A DNA stretch of 64,000 nucleotides from a virus (IMGVR_UViG_3300021387_000529:154811-218810), one strand, 5' to 3'. Positions 36,373 to 46,349 are shown, counted from the stretch's first letter. The notes: a model not told the origin generated them from the letters alone. Numbers and translations are program-made.

Positions 36373-36996
36373 ATGTTGACAAAAATTGGTGAAGAAAATG
36401 TGACACCAGAAGGCTTTGAGCTTGGTGTCATTAACAAACATTTTATCAGTGAGTCTGGTAAAAAAGTTGATAAACAGGTACTCAGCTGTCCTGATTGGGT
36501 TGTTGCTATTGTCTATGATATGGACTTGAATATCCATTGTGTAAAGCAATTTAGAGCTGGAATTGATGCGCCTCTTATTGAATTTCCAGAAGGAAAAGTT
36601 GAAAAAGGCGAGTCACCACTTGAAGCAATTATTCGTGAATTGAAAGAAGAACTTGGGCTTTGTTCTGAAGATATTTTGAGTATTGAAAAACTTCTCGAAG
36701 GAAGTCCATGCTCAGCTTATTTTGGAAACACTGCTCATCTTTTCAAAGTAATCGTAAAGTCTGGCCTCCATTTGAAAGCAAACAACACAAATGTTCCAAA
36801 TGAAGATGATATTGAGGTTGTTACAATCAATGGTGATGAAGTCAACGAAGCTATGAGCTCTCCTTTACAGAATATATATATGAAATTTTTGTGGAGTATT
36901 GTAACACCAGAACTTGCACAAATTCATAATGAAAAGATGCAAATGCAACAGCGACAGCGTGCAATGATGCAGATGCAGCAGCCAATGCCAGTTTAA
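36373..36996 (+). CDS. NUDIX hydrolase, ADP-ribose pyrophosphatase-like
   Basis: KQFRAGI..IEFPEG and Nudix box GKVEKGESPLEAIIRELKEELG. Confidence 0.9.
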   Translation: MLTKIGEENVTPEGFELGVINKHFISESGKKVDKQVLSCPDWVVAIVYDMDLNIHCVKQFRAGIDAPLIEFPEGKVEKGESPLEAIIRELKEELGLCSEDILSIEKLLEGSPCSAYFGNTAHLFKVIVKSGLHLKANNTNVPNEDDIEVVTINGDEVNEAMSSPLQNIYMKFLWSIVTPELAQIHNEKMQMQQRQRAMMQMQQPMPV

Positions 36997-37020
36997 AAAT
37001 TATTAATATAGAGACCATAT

Positions 37021-38340
37021 ATGTCAGAAATTTTTCTTCCAAAAGACTATGAATGGGTAGACTTAAGCAATTATCAGTTTAAGTCTGCTCTTGATAATCT
37101 CATAAATGAGGATGACAATCTTTTCATTCAGGCGAAAGCTGGTTGTGGAAAGTCTTTGATGATTAACATCGCTGCAGCTATGAAAGAGAATATTGTCATT
37201 CTTTCAACAACTGGAACAACTGCTATGCAGTTGTCTTCAGATGGTATTCCAGCTAAAACAATTCATTCATTTTTTCAGTTTCCAGCTGTTCCACTTTTTA
37301 CAGAGAAAGACATTTACAAATGTTTTGGGGACACACGTAAAATTATTCAGAAGATGGAAACATTGATTGTTGATGAAGTTTCAATGTTGAATGCACAGAT
37401 GTTTGATTGGATTATCAAAAAACTTATGTACATTCGCCATGGTGATTTGCCTCGAGTTGTGTTATTTGGCGATGTACTGCAGTTGCCTCCAGTTATCTCA
37501 AGCGAAAAGATTGTTCAAGACTATTTTAAAGAAAATTATAATGGCAATGTTATGTTTTTTAATTCAAAAGCATACAAATCTATGAACTTCAAAATGATGA
37601 CATTGAACCAGTCATATCGTCAAAAAGATGAGACATTCGCAGATAACATTTATTCTATTGGTATAAACTCATATGATAAGTCTATTCTTGATTATTTCAA
37701 TCAGCGTGTAATGACATTGCAGAAATATGACAGAACACATAGCAAGTATATTTATATGAGCCCAACAAATGCTTCTGTAAATAAAATCAATAAAGCATAT
37801 ATTGATGCTCTTGACTCAGATGAATGGAAAACATATAAAATCGTAAAAAGTCCAAATTTCCCAGACGGTCTTCTTGATGATGAAATTACAATTAAGAAAG
37901 GCGCACAAGTAATGGCAACTCGCAATGATTTGATTGAGCATAAATACGCGAATGGAATGATTGGTACAGCAATTGAAGTTAATGATGATAATGTTGTCAT
38001 TGAATTTGAGAATGGCGTAATTGCTCCAGTGTACATATCTAAGTATGAATTGATGAAGCCATATCTTGATGATGATGGAAAAATTCAGTATAAGGTTGAC
38101 TCATGGGCACGCCAGATTGACTGTAAAGTTTGTCGTGCTATGACAGTTCATAAATCCCAAGGAAAAACATTTGAAAATGCCTATCTTGCTTTGAATGGTT
38201 GGACACCACCTGGATTGGTATATGTCGGACTCTCACGTCTTACATCATTAGAAGGTCTTGGCCTTTCACGTCCACTTTACATGAATGACATTCAGATTTT
38301 TAAAGAAGCGATGGACTTCTTGACAAAAGATGTAGCATAA
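37021..38340 (+). CDS. PIF1/RecD-like SF1B helicase
   Basis: AKAGCGKS, TTGTTA, TIHSFF, IVDEVSM, FGDVLQLPPV, SYRQ, TVHKSQG, YVGLSR. Confidence 0.92.
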   Translation: MSEIFLPKDYEWVDLSNYQFKSALDNLINEDDNLFIQAKAGCGKSLMINIAAAMKENIVILSTTGTTAMQLSSDGIPAKTIHSFFQFPAVPLFTEKDIYKCFGDTRKIIQKMETLIVDEVSMLNAQMFDWIIKKLMYIRHGDLPRVVLFGDVLQLPPVISSEKIVQDYFKENYNGNVMFFNSKAYKSMNFKMMTLNQSYRQKDETFADNIYSIGINSYDKSILDYFNQRVMTLQKYDRTHSKYIYMSPTNASVNKINKAYIDALDSDEWKTYKIVKSPNFPDGLLDDEITIKKGAQVMATRNDLIEHKYANGMIGTAIEVNDDNVVIEFENGVIAPVYISKYELMKPYLDDDGKIQYKVDSWARQIDCKVCRAMTVHKSQGKTFENAYLALNGWTPPGLVYVGLSRLTSLEGLGLSRPLYMNDIQIFKEAMDFLTKDVA

Positions 38341-38362
38341 AAACTCATACTTCGTGTCATCT

Positions 38363-38370
38363 AACTAATT
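38363..38370 (+). promoter_or_regulatory. Late-type promoter motif AACTAATT (baseplate wedge)
   Basis: 11 nt upstream of the TTG start. Confidence 0.55.
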
Positions 38371-38381
38371 ATTTATTATAG

Positions 38382-41081
38382 TTGGAGGATACGAAAATTA
38401 AACGTTTTGATAGCGAAAGCATTTATTATAGAATTAAACAAAGAGCTGAAGTAATGAATGAATGGGCTCAAATTATTCCAAATGGAACAATTTCGAGCTT
38501 ATTCAAAGTTTGGTCTGAAATGGGAAGTGAGTTTACTCGCTACCTTGAGTATTTGTATCAAGAGAAAAAATATCAAAACGCACGAAATCTTTCTTCAATT
38601 ACAAGTATGACAGATTTGGTTGCATATAAACGCAATCTTCCAAAGTCTGCAATTGGATATGTTATTATCTCACACACTGACAAAAATGGCGTAAATCGTT
38701 TAAATAATTATGGTGTTGAGTTTTTTGACCTTGATGCTACGTCTGACTATGATGAATTAACACAAAATAAAAATGCAACTTCAGAGGAAAAAGCAGCTCT
38801 AATTCCTTGGACAGCAAACAAACCATACTGTATTCCTGAAGGCTCAATTATAACAGCCTCAAATGGTACAAAGTTTATTGTAACAGAGTCTGTCGAGTCA
38901 CGAGCTCTTAAAGAACCATTCTCAGTTATTAAAAAAGACGCAACAAAATATAAAAATTTTGTTGAAGCTGGTGGTTGGAATGGCATAAAATATCTTAAAG
39001 TACCAGTTATCCAAGGTGAACAAGTTTCTACACAATTGGGACAAGCACAAGGAACTCGTTATGAAAGTTTTACTCTTGATGCGCTTGATGTTGAAAATGC
39101 TTCTAATATCATCTCTTGTAAATATTTCAATTTATCAGTTAAGCCTTTTAAAAAAGTAAATGGCGAGGATGTTGAAGATGGCGATGTTGAGATTTGGGAA
39201 AAAGTTGAAAATATTGGTCTTGCTGGAGCATACGATAAGGTTTTTGAGGTAAAAATCCTCGATGATGAGAATAAATTACTTTTCAAATTTGGAAATGGTA
39301 TTACTGGAAAAATGCTTCCAAAAGGCTCAATTATTACAGTAAATTATTTGAAAACTCTTGGAGCATCTGGAAATATTTCATCTAAATTCCAATTGAATAC
39401 AATTACGCTTCCAAACGGTGAAGCTATGGTTGATCCAAGAACAAATACAATTGCCAATTTCATTTGTTGTACAAATATCTCACCAATCAATGGCGGACAT
39501 GACATTGAAGACATTGACGACATTAGACAAAATGCTCCAGTAGAGTATCTTGAGTCATATACAACATCTGCTAAAAAAGTTTATTTGAAACAAATTGAAA
39601 GCAATAGTCCAGTTAATTTATTACATCCGCATATTTTTAGTTCTGAAGTTATTGAGACAGAGTCTTATGGAAGTAGTGATACATCAAATGACTATACATC
39701 ATCAGTTGAAAATGGAATTCTACAAGAAATTACAGAGACTAAAAATAGCTTATTAGTTTGCGCATTACGTAGCAATGGTGAAGAAATTGAAGATCCAGAA
39801 ACTGAGCTAATTGAACCGTTGAAGCAGTATCTTGATGACTACATGTCAACAAATGACTCTCTTGATTTTATTAAACCTAATTTAATAAAATTGTGTCCTC
39901 GAATTAAAATTGGAACATCATCAAATATTCTTGAAAAAGATATTTATGATGAGCTTAGACCAAAAATCTACAGTAAGTACTCTGTATTCAATAGAGATTT
40001 TAATGAAAAATTTTATGAGTCTGGTATTATTGATACAGCGCATAATCTATCTTATGCAAAAAAAGTTGATGCATTTTTAGAGGCGAAAGCTACTGTAGAT
40101 ATGGAACCGACAATTATTACTAAAACTTCTCAGAAAGGAATTGCATGGCTTGATAAAATTGGAAGTAATGTTACTTCATTCAAAGACTTTGACTTCGATG
40201 AGGAAGCTAATGAGTCTTTATTTGCGTTTAACTTTACTTTTGATAAGCTCTTTGCAAAAAATCCTCTTGAAAAAGGTTTTAAAAATTATAAGTATAAAGC
40301 TCCATATCTTCTCAAAGTAAATATTACATTTACTGAAAAGTCTGAAAACTCACGTACATTATTCTTATTTGATAACAGAACTTCTTTAAAAGATGAAATT
40401 TCTGTAATGGACGCATATTTTACGCCAATTGACTCAGCATTAAAAACACCTAAAATTGCAAATGATGATAATCCAAATTATGGTGAAACTGAAATCAAAT
40501 GGTTTGATGATATTTCAGAAGACTTTAGAAATTTACAAATGCGTACTGCACAATTTACAAAAATTGACGCAATCACAGATGAGTCTTTTATGGACCAAGC
40601 TAAAAGTTTTTTAAACAGTCCATTTGAAATTCGTCCATTATTTATAAATGAAACTGGAAAAAATGAAATTTTCAGTAAGAATGACGTTCCAGAAGCAGAG
40701 CGTGTTTCTCTTTCATTTGACAAAAATCTTGATGGTTTAACAACATGCTATAGAAAGAACTTTCAATATTGGCCACATACACGTATTGAGTTTTATGAAA
40801 ACTACGATAATGTAGACTCAGTTGACTACGCTTGTGGAAGAATTATACTTCCTGTGAATAGAGTCTTGGATGCAACTGATATTACTTCTTTGAAAACACT
40901 TTTAAAAGATGTTGAAAGTTTTGATGAGCAAACACCAGATATTAAAAAAATGATTTCTGAAAAGATTAAGATTGAAGTGTTTGCAATGCCTGTACAAACA
41001 ACATTTGAGTGCTGTAATGAGAACGACCTAATTTCAGTTGATAAAGATGACATCTTAATAGAGAAAAATTTTATTCAATAA
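38382..41081 (+). CDS. Baseplate wedge protein (gp6/J-like; TTG start)
   Basis: IPEGSIITASNGTKF, VPVIQGE, FKFGNGITGKM, ITVNYLKTLGASGN, NGGHDIEDIDDIRQNAP. Confidence 0.8.
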   Translation: MEDTKIKRFDSESIYYRIKQRAEVMNEWAQIIPNGTISSLFKVWSEMGSEFTRYLEYLYQEKKYQNARNLSSITSMTDLVAYKRNLPKSAIGYVIISHTDKNGVNRLNNYGVEFFDLDATSDYDELTQNKNATSEEKAALIPWTANKPYCIPEGSIITASNGTKFIVTESVESRALKEPFSVIKKDATKYKNFVEAGGWNGIKYLKVPVIQGEQVSTQLGQAQGTRYESFTLDALDVENASNIISCKYFNLSVKPFKKVNGEDVEDGDVEIWEKVENIGLAGAYDKVFEVKILDDENKLLFKFGNGITGKMLPKGSIITVNYLKTLGASGNISSKFQLNTITLPNGEAMVDPRTNTIANFICCTNISPINGGHDIEDIDDIRQNAPVEYLESYTTSAKKVYLKQIESNSPVNLLHPHIFSSEVIETESYGSSDTSNDYTSSVENGILQEITETKNSLLVCALRSNGEEIEDPETELIEPLKQYLDDYMSTNDSLDFIKPNLIKLCPRIKIGTSSNILEKDIYDELRPKIYSKYSVFNRDFNEKFYESGIIDTAHNLSYAKKVDAFLEAKATVDMEPTIITKTSQKGIAWLDKIGSNVTSFKDFDFDEEANESLFAFNFTFDKLFAKNPLEKGFKNYKYKAPYLLKVNITFTEKSENSRTLFLFDNRTSLKDEISVMDAYFTPIDSALKTPKIANDDNPNYGETEIKWFDDISEDFRNLQMRTAQFTKIDAITDESFMDQAKSFLNSPFEIRPLFINETGKNEIFSKNDVPEAERVSLSFDKNLDGLTTCYRKNFQYWPHTRIEFYENYDNVDSVDYACGRIILPVNRVLDATDITSLKTLLKDVESFDEQTPDIKKMISEKIKIEVFAMPVQTTFECCNENDLISVDKDDILIEKNFIQ

Positions 41082-41100
41082 AATATTAGGCTAATTTAAT

Positions 41101-41634
41101 ATGATTACTGAAAATCCTACATTCTTTATTTTTATGGACGACAACCAGTCTTTTGAAAGACTTAAAGAATTAAAGGCAAAGTCTACTTTTACAAAAGATG
41201 CAGTTATCTTTACCGATAACCAACTTAATAATAAAAGTCTTGCTGAAATATACAATGATAAAAAAGACATAATTTTAAATGCATATACTTTTAAAAACTC
41301 ATTAAACTCTGTAAATAAAGATATTTTTCACAATATGTTTAATGTTTTATGCATTTTTAGTGAAGACCTCCAGTTTTCAGAAAAAGACTTTTTTCGAATG
41401 AAAGACCTTGCAATAATTAAAAATGACAATGTCAGTCTTGTATCATTTGATGCGATTAGTGCATTGACATTTATGTTTATAAAAGACCTTTCATTTATTG
41501 ATGCTGGAATTTCACTGTATAAAATACATAAAGAGTCAAAGACTTCACTTGTACCAACTATGGATGGCCTTTCAAGTGGAGACCTTGACAGCAGTCTCGA
41601 CTTAATAAATATTGGATTAGGCTCTATTTCTTAA
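41101..41634 (+). CDS. Hypothetical protein
   Basis: 177 aa. GGCTAATT motif 4 nt before the ATG. Confidence 0.5.
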   Translation: MITENPTFFIFMDDNQSFERLKELKAKSTFTKDAVIFTDNQLNNKSLAEIYNDKKDIILNAYTFKNSLNSVNKDIFHNMFNVLCIFSEDLQFSEKDFFRMKDLAIIKNDNVSLVSFDAISALTFMFIKDLSFIDAGISLYKIHKESKTSLVPTMDGLSSGDLDSSLDLINIGLGSIS

Positions 41635-43082
41635 GAAGCAAATGACTCATCTTGTGTTTCTGCGTCTGTCTTTTCAATTTCAATTGGAAGAATATCAAAA
41701 TACTCACCATCGAAAACTCCAGTTACAGTTTCACCGATATCGCCATTGTTTAATTTTACAATTGAAACTTCAATAATGTCATCAAGCTCATCTTCATATT
41801 CTTCTTTTTTAAGATAGAGCTTTGCATACTGGTATTTTCTGAATGTTGTCAAAACATAACGAGCACGTTCCAAGAATGCGCCAGCATTTTTAATTTGAGC
41901 ACGGTTTGGACGAAGCTTGTCAAGGTCATCAATAGAATGAATACCACCTTGTGACTCATTGTTTCTGTTCATCTGAAGAACACCAATAAAATGAACTCCA
42001 AGTTTCTTTGCCAAAGCTGACAATGCATTTACTGCAATTTCAATTCCTTGTGCGAAGTTTGCTCCAGCTGTAAACTTAACAAAGTCTTTTACCATTGAGA
42101 GTAAGTCTATGACAACTACCCAATATTTACAACCAGTCTCTTTCTGGAATTTCTTTACGTCTTTTTCAATTTTATGGAGTGAAACATCACCACTTTCACA
42201 AAATCTGAATAATGGATTGTCTTCAAGAAGTTTTCTTTCGCTTTCAATCTGCTGAAGAATTTCTTCATAGTCTTCACCAGGATTTTTAATTTTCTTGTAT
42301 GGAATATGAAGACGTTTAGCAAGAAGACGGTCCATTGTTGCAACACCAGACATCTCAAGAGAATAGTACGCGCATGGAACATGCATCTCAATAAACTTAT
42401 TCACCTGGTCAAGACAAACTGTAGATTTACCTGAGCCTGATGCTGATGCGATAATTCCAATCTCACCAGGCTGTGGGCCATCATCAACAAGACTATCAAA
42501 AATATAATTTCTAAACCAATAAGTTTTTCCATTCTGTCTTTTTCGATATTCTTGCATGTAATTGCCAAACCATTGAGAAGTGGTCATAGCATCTTGGATG
42601 TCAGTTTCTTGTTTTGGATTTAATTTTGAAGAAGCTTCACAAATATCTTCATCAATCTTCTCATACTGCTCTTCTGTAACACGAGCAGTACTTTCAATTG
42701 TCTTGATTGCAGATTTCAACTTTGAGACAACTTCACGCCGTCTCTTAAAGTCTGCAAGCTGGTCAATAATATCTGTCAAGTCTTCATTTTTGACTGAGTC
42801 ATCTGAAACAGCATCAACAATATATGTATTTGCGTCAAGGTCTATAACAGAATATTCCTGCAAAAGAGCATCACGAGTTGGCTTTATTTTCTTTTGATTA
42901 AGATTGTATAAAGCTTTATAAATGTTTTTTGTTGACTGTGAAGACAACAAGTCTTCATCAACTCTCTCATCATCAAAATATTCTGGATTATTATAGAGCG
43001 CACGCAATAAACGACGCTCAGCAAAAAAGTCAGTCTCAAGTCTTTTTTGAATAGTTGTCTTGTCTTCTTTATTGTTTTCCAT
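41631..43082 (-). CDS. dnaB: Replicative DnaB-like helicase
   Basis: IASASGSGKST, YYSLEMS, VVIDLLS, LQMNR, IKNAG..LE, IVKLNNG. Confidence 0.88.
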   Translation of the reverse strand: MENNKEDKTTIQKRLETDFFAERRLLRALYNNPEYFDDERVDEDLLSSQSTKNIYKALYNLNQKKIKPTRDALLQEYSVIDLDANTYIVDAVSDDSVKNEDLTDIIDQLADFKRRREVVSKLKSAIKTIESTARVTEEQYEKIDEDICEASSKLNPKQETDIQDAMTTSQWFGNYMQEYRKRQNGKTYWFRNYIFDSLVDDGPQPGEIGIIASASGSGKSTVCLDQVNKFIEMHVPCAYYSLEMSGVATMDRLLAKRLHIPYKKIKNPGEDYEEILQQIESERKLLEDNPLFRFCESGDVSLHKIEKDVKKFQKETGCKYWVVVIDLLSMVKDFVKFTAGANFAQGIEIAVNALSALAKKLGVHFIGVLQMNRNNESQGGIHSIDDLDKLRPNRAQIKNAGAFLERARYVLTTFRKYQYAKLYLKKEEYEDELDDIIEVSIVKLNNGDIGETVTGVFDGEYFDILPIEIEKTDAETQDESFAS

Positions 43083-43109
43083 TATGTTGTTCTCGTTATT
43101 TATATAATA

Positions 43110-45026
43110 TTAATAACACCAAGTGTCAAAGTCAAGGTCATAAATTGAAAAGTTCTTGTCATATTCAAGAATCTCGTCAGTTTCAACCAAGTCTTCAAAA
43201 CGAACTGAACCACGTTGTGTAATAACATTTATATACAATGAGTTGTCCCATTTATTTCCTTTGTCATCTTCAACTTCGATAAACTCATGTGAAGGTGGCG
43301 CAACGAAGAATTGCTTAATCAAGTGCGCAATTTCTTTTGCAGATGGAATTTGCTGGAAGTTTGGGTCATTACATGCATGTCTGAATGAAACTACACCAAA
43401 TAAGTTCATAACTGGATGTACACGCTCAGTTCCATCATCATGGTCTATGATGAATGAAGACCAACCTTTTACGAATGTATTACGTGCAACCATAAATGAA
43501 CGGAAACGCTTGAGATTCTTAATTCCAGGCATTCCAAGACGCTCATATTCTTGAAGAACTGGGTCTGAAGTTGAATAAACACCTTTCTTATTTCTTTCAA
43601 TTTCTGGCCAACCCATTTTTTCAAACAATTTACCGAGCTTGTCAGTTGATGAAAATTCGAAGTTTTTATCGACTTTCCAAATCTGCGCCAAATTACTGCG
43701 TTCTTCATCGATAATTGCATCGATAGCTTTTGTCTGCTCAGCGATATTTTTACGACTGAAGAATGAACCATTAAGCTGTACCATTGTCATGACACGTGCA
43801 TTCGGTATCATAATTTCTTTGTAAAAACGATAAATTGTCCACTCTGGAATTTTCTCATTTGGAATAGTTTTGTCCAAATAGTGACACCATTCATCAAGCG
43901 CAACTTGCTGTCTCCATGTAACGGCAGGGTCCATAGCAGCGTATTCAATCAATGTGTTTTTTGGAATTTGAAGATAGTTGTCAACCTTGAGCTTTTTCTT
44001 AATTGTGTCAAGCATATCATCATATCCACCATAATTTCCACACCAGAACCAAGTTCCAGGTTTCAAACCTTTTGGTCTCGCTGAATTGATTGCCCATGAC
44101 AAAAATGTTGTGTCATCTGTTGCGAAAATATTTCTTATACCGTTCTGGTATAAGAAGCAAATATCGAATTTTGCATTGGCAAGTGTCAATCTTTTTGCGT
44201 GTTTCAAAACCATTGTAAATTTACGTTTGTGATTTTGAAGTGTAATCCATTCAAAATAATATGAATTAACGCCATCAGCACACATCTGAACTGTACCTAA
44301 CACATCATTATATGGAGAGAAGCCTGAAGTTTCGGTATCGAGCGCGAGCAATTCAGCATTGTCAAGAGTATTCAAAGCTTCGTCTATTTTACTTTCATCA
44401 CTACAATCATGGATAATAATCTCACGTGTGTCAAGGTCTTTCAAAGAAAAGTCATCATCAACCAAACGTGTGAGCTGTTTTCTGAAAAAGCGTGTATGAT
44501 AACAAACAAAATCTGCTTTTCCAACCATTGTAAATGGATAAATGTAATCAATTGGTGAGGCTGGATAAATCCATTTGTCAGGACCACCTACAAACTTCGA
44601 GCCACAAAAATAACGTGGTTTACTAAACTTGTCATCAATGAAGTCATAATAACCAATATCAGCACTTCTGTTCAAAACACGAATTGCACGACCAAATGCA
44701 ACAATTGCTGAACATTCTACATCACAAAATTTTATGTATTTTCGCCAATCTGACTCAAATGGAAGCAATTCTTTTGTTGTGTCAAGTTTTTTGTCGTCAT
44801 TTCCAATTGTTACGCATGACACAATACAATATGAAGTTATCCCTACTGTTGCAATATCTTTTTTAAGCTGGTCTATGATTTTCTTATTTTTACATGCATA
44901 GTCGAGCAAAAACAAAAAATAATTTGGAGCCTGACTATCAAAATGTTCAAATATCAAAGATGAGTCAGCCTGCTCAACTTGCAAGTTTTTAATCTTCATT
45001 GAAGAAGATACTTTTCCAAATGCCAT
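43110..45026 (-). CDS. polA: Family A DNA polymerase, N-terminal fragment (UDG-like domain, 3'-5' exonuclease, thumb; lacks motifs A/B/C)
   Basis: ExoI ALDTETSG, ExoII NAKFDI, ExoIII YAAMDP, then STSDPVLQE..RVHP..R...DPNFQQIP..IKQFFVAP. The ORF diverges right where DYSQ should follow. Confidence 0.85.
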   Translation of the reverse strand: MAFGKVSSSMKIKNLQVEQADSSLIFEHFDSQAPNYFLFLLDYACKNKKIIDQLKKDIATVGITSYCIVSCVTIGNDDKKLDTTKELLPFESDWRKYIKFCDVECSAIVAFGRAIRVLNRSADIGYYDFIDDKFSKPRYFCGSKFVGGPDKWIYPASPIDYIYPFTMVGKADFVCYHTRFFRKQLTRLVDDDFSLKDLDTREIIIHDCSDESKIDEALNTLDNAELLALDTETSGFSPYNDVLGTVQMCADGVNSYYFEWITLQNHKRKFTMVLKHAKRLTLANAKFDICFLYQNGIRNIFATDDTTFLSWAINSARPKGLKPGTWFWCGNYGGYDDMLDTIKKKLKVDNYLQIPKNTLIEYAAMDPAVTWRQQVALDEWCHYLDKTIPNEKIPEWTIYRFYKEIMIPNARVMTMVQLNGSFFSRKNIAEQTKAIDAIIDEERSNLAQIWKVDKNFEFSSTDKLGKLFEKMGWPEIERNKKGVYSTSDPVLQEYERLGMPGIKNLKRFRSFMVARNTFVKGWSSFIIDHDDGTERVHPVMNLFGVVSFRHACNDPNFQQIPSAKEIAHLIKQFFVAPPSHEFIEVEDDKGNKWDNSLYINVITQRGSVRFEDLVETDEILEYDKNFSIYDLDFDTWCY

Positions 45027-45046
45027 AATTTTCCTCTGATAATATA

Positions 45047-45454
45047 TTAATGACTGCTGAAGTCATTAGTGTATAGTTCTTTTGAAGTTGTCTTAATGAG
45101 ATTATCTAATTCTGAACCAAAAGCTACTAAAATGTCGCCATCATCATCTGCAAACTCATCAATCACAGAACGACATGCTCCACAAGGACCAACATTTGGA
45201 ACAGGAAGCGCAATAATAACTGCTTCAATCTTTTTGCAACCATGCGCAACTGCACTAAAGATTGCGTTTCTTTCTGCACAAATTGTCATTCCATAAGATG
45301 TATTCTCAACATTGCAGCCAATATATTCTCGGTTGTCATCTCCAATTACAACAGCTCCAACTGGAAATTTTGAATACGGACAATATGCATTTTTTGCTGC
45401 TTCTTTTGCTTTGTTAAAAAGTCTTTCTATATCTCTTGAGTTTAAATTATACAT
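45047..45454 (-). CDS. cdd: Cytidine deaminase (start revised from 45601)
   Basis: AYCPYSKFPVGA, GCNVENTSYGMTICAERNAI, PCGACR. Confidence 0.92.
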   Translation of the reverse strand: MYNLNSRDIERLFNKAKEAAKNAYCPYSKFPVGAVVIGDDNREYIGCNVENTSYGMTICAERNAIFSAVAHGCKKIEAVIIALPVPNVGPCGACRSVIDEFADDDGDILVAFGSELDNLIKTTSKELYTNDFSSH

Positions 45455-45470
45455 ATAATAATATATTAAC

Positions 45471-45500
45471 AAAAAAGGGAGCCGAAGCTCCCTTAAAAAT
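45471..45500 (-). terminator. Intrinsic terminator after dut
   Basis: Minus strand AAGGGAGC-ttcg-GCTCCCTT-TTTT. Confidence 0.8.
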
Positions 45501-45503
45501 TTT

Positions 45504-46133
45504 TTATTTCTGGCCAGGATTTGCGGCATCCTGTGGATTACCATTGCCAAATCCCTTTTCTTTTCGTTTGCTTTCATGTCCTTCATAGAACTTTTCAGCA
45601 TTTGTCTGGTTTTTCATTTCTTTGAAAAGCTCAATGCTGTCATCATACCAAACTTCGATTTCATCATTATCAATCTTAATTGGAATGAGCTGTGCAATTG
45701 ACTGTCCAAACTGAATGAAGCGCATGCTGTTTGACGCATTGAAAATATGAACATGCATAATGCCTTCATAAGATGAATCAATTGTGTCTGCGCCTACAAC
45801 CAACTTCTGTTTTGTACAAACACCAGACTTGTTTGCAACTTTGAGATACATATCATTTGGAATACGAGCTTTGAGATATGTTGGAATGAGCAAATCCTCA
45901 CCTGGAGCAAGATACAAATACAAGCCTTCGTTCTGTTTGACATTTTCCTCATTCTCAACTGGTGAACCAATTACACCCCAGCGAAAAGGATGTCCAGGGT
46001 TCTTTTTTGTCAAGTCAACCATGAACTGTTCTGTGAGGTTTGGAACGAATACATCAATTCCTGCATCATAACCAGCATCACGTTTTGGCGCCTTTACATC
46101 GCCACACACAAACAACTTTACTTTGTCTGACAT
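45504..46133 (-). CDS. dut: Trimeric dUTPase
   Basis: DAGIDV, ANKSG, TIDSSYEG, IAQLI, RKEKGFG. Confidence 0.92.
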   Translation of the reverse strand: MSDKVKLFVCGDVKAPKRDAGYDAGIDVFVPNLTEQFMVDLTKKNPGHPFRWGVIGSPVENEENVKQNEGLYLYLAPGEDLLIPTYLKARIPNDMYLKVANKSGVCTKQKLVVGADTIDSSYEGIMHVHIFNASNSMRFIQFGQSIAQLIPIKIDNDEIEVWYDDSIELFKEMKNQTNAEKFYEGHESKRKEKGFGNGNPQDAANPGQK

Positions 46134-46207
46134 TATAATTCTCCTATTATTTTCTGTAGTTTATTTTATAATATTAACAAGAACTCAAATAGTTTACAAG
46201 TTTCGAG

Positions 46208-46275
46208 TTTAGTTACCTGTTTAAATAATCTTTAAAAGGGTAAGTAAAAAACTTCCCTATAGATTTTAAATTATA
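46208..46275. repeat. Conserved ~70-bp intergenic element, copy 2
   Basis: TTTAGTTACCTGTTTAAA-taatc-TTTAAAAGGGTAAG-taaaaaa-CTTCCCTATAGATTTTAAATTATA. Confidence 0.9.
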
Positions 46276-46308
46276 ATATAGTTAATATAGAAATTTTTAT
46301 AAAAATTT

Positions 46309-46349
46309 TTGAATTAATTCATTAATGTTCATATATTATATTTGTAAAT
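46309..46349 (+). promoter_or_regulatory. Early promoter (copy 2)
   Basis: TTGAAT-N17-TATATT within CATATATTATATTTGTAAAT, followed by RBS ggagg. Confidence 0.8.

Noticed and set aside
43110-43292. A canonical, splicing-competent intein in polA
   Set aside because: There is no N-terminal Cys/Ser in register, no TxxH and no C-terminal HN plus nucleophile, and it is too short. It is reported only as a degenerate Hint-like tail.
43156-43771. ORFs 43156..43554 (+) and 43469..43771 (-) as the missing polymerase half or a frameshift continuation
   Set aside because: Neither encodes motif A (DxSxxE), B or C. One is antisense and the other lies upstream of the break point.
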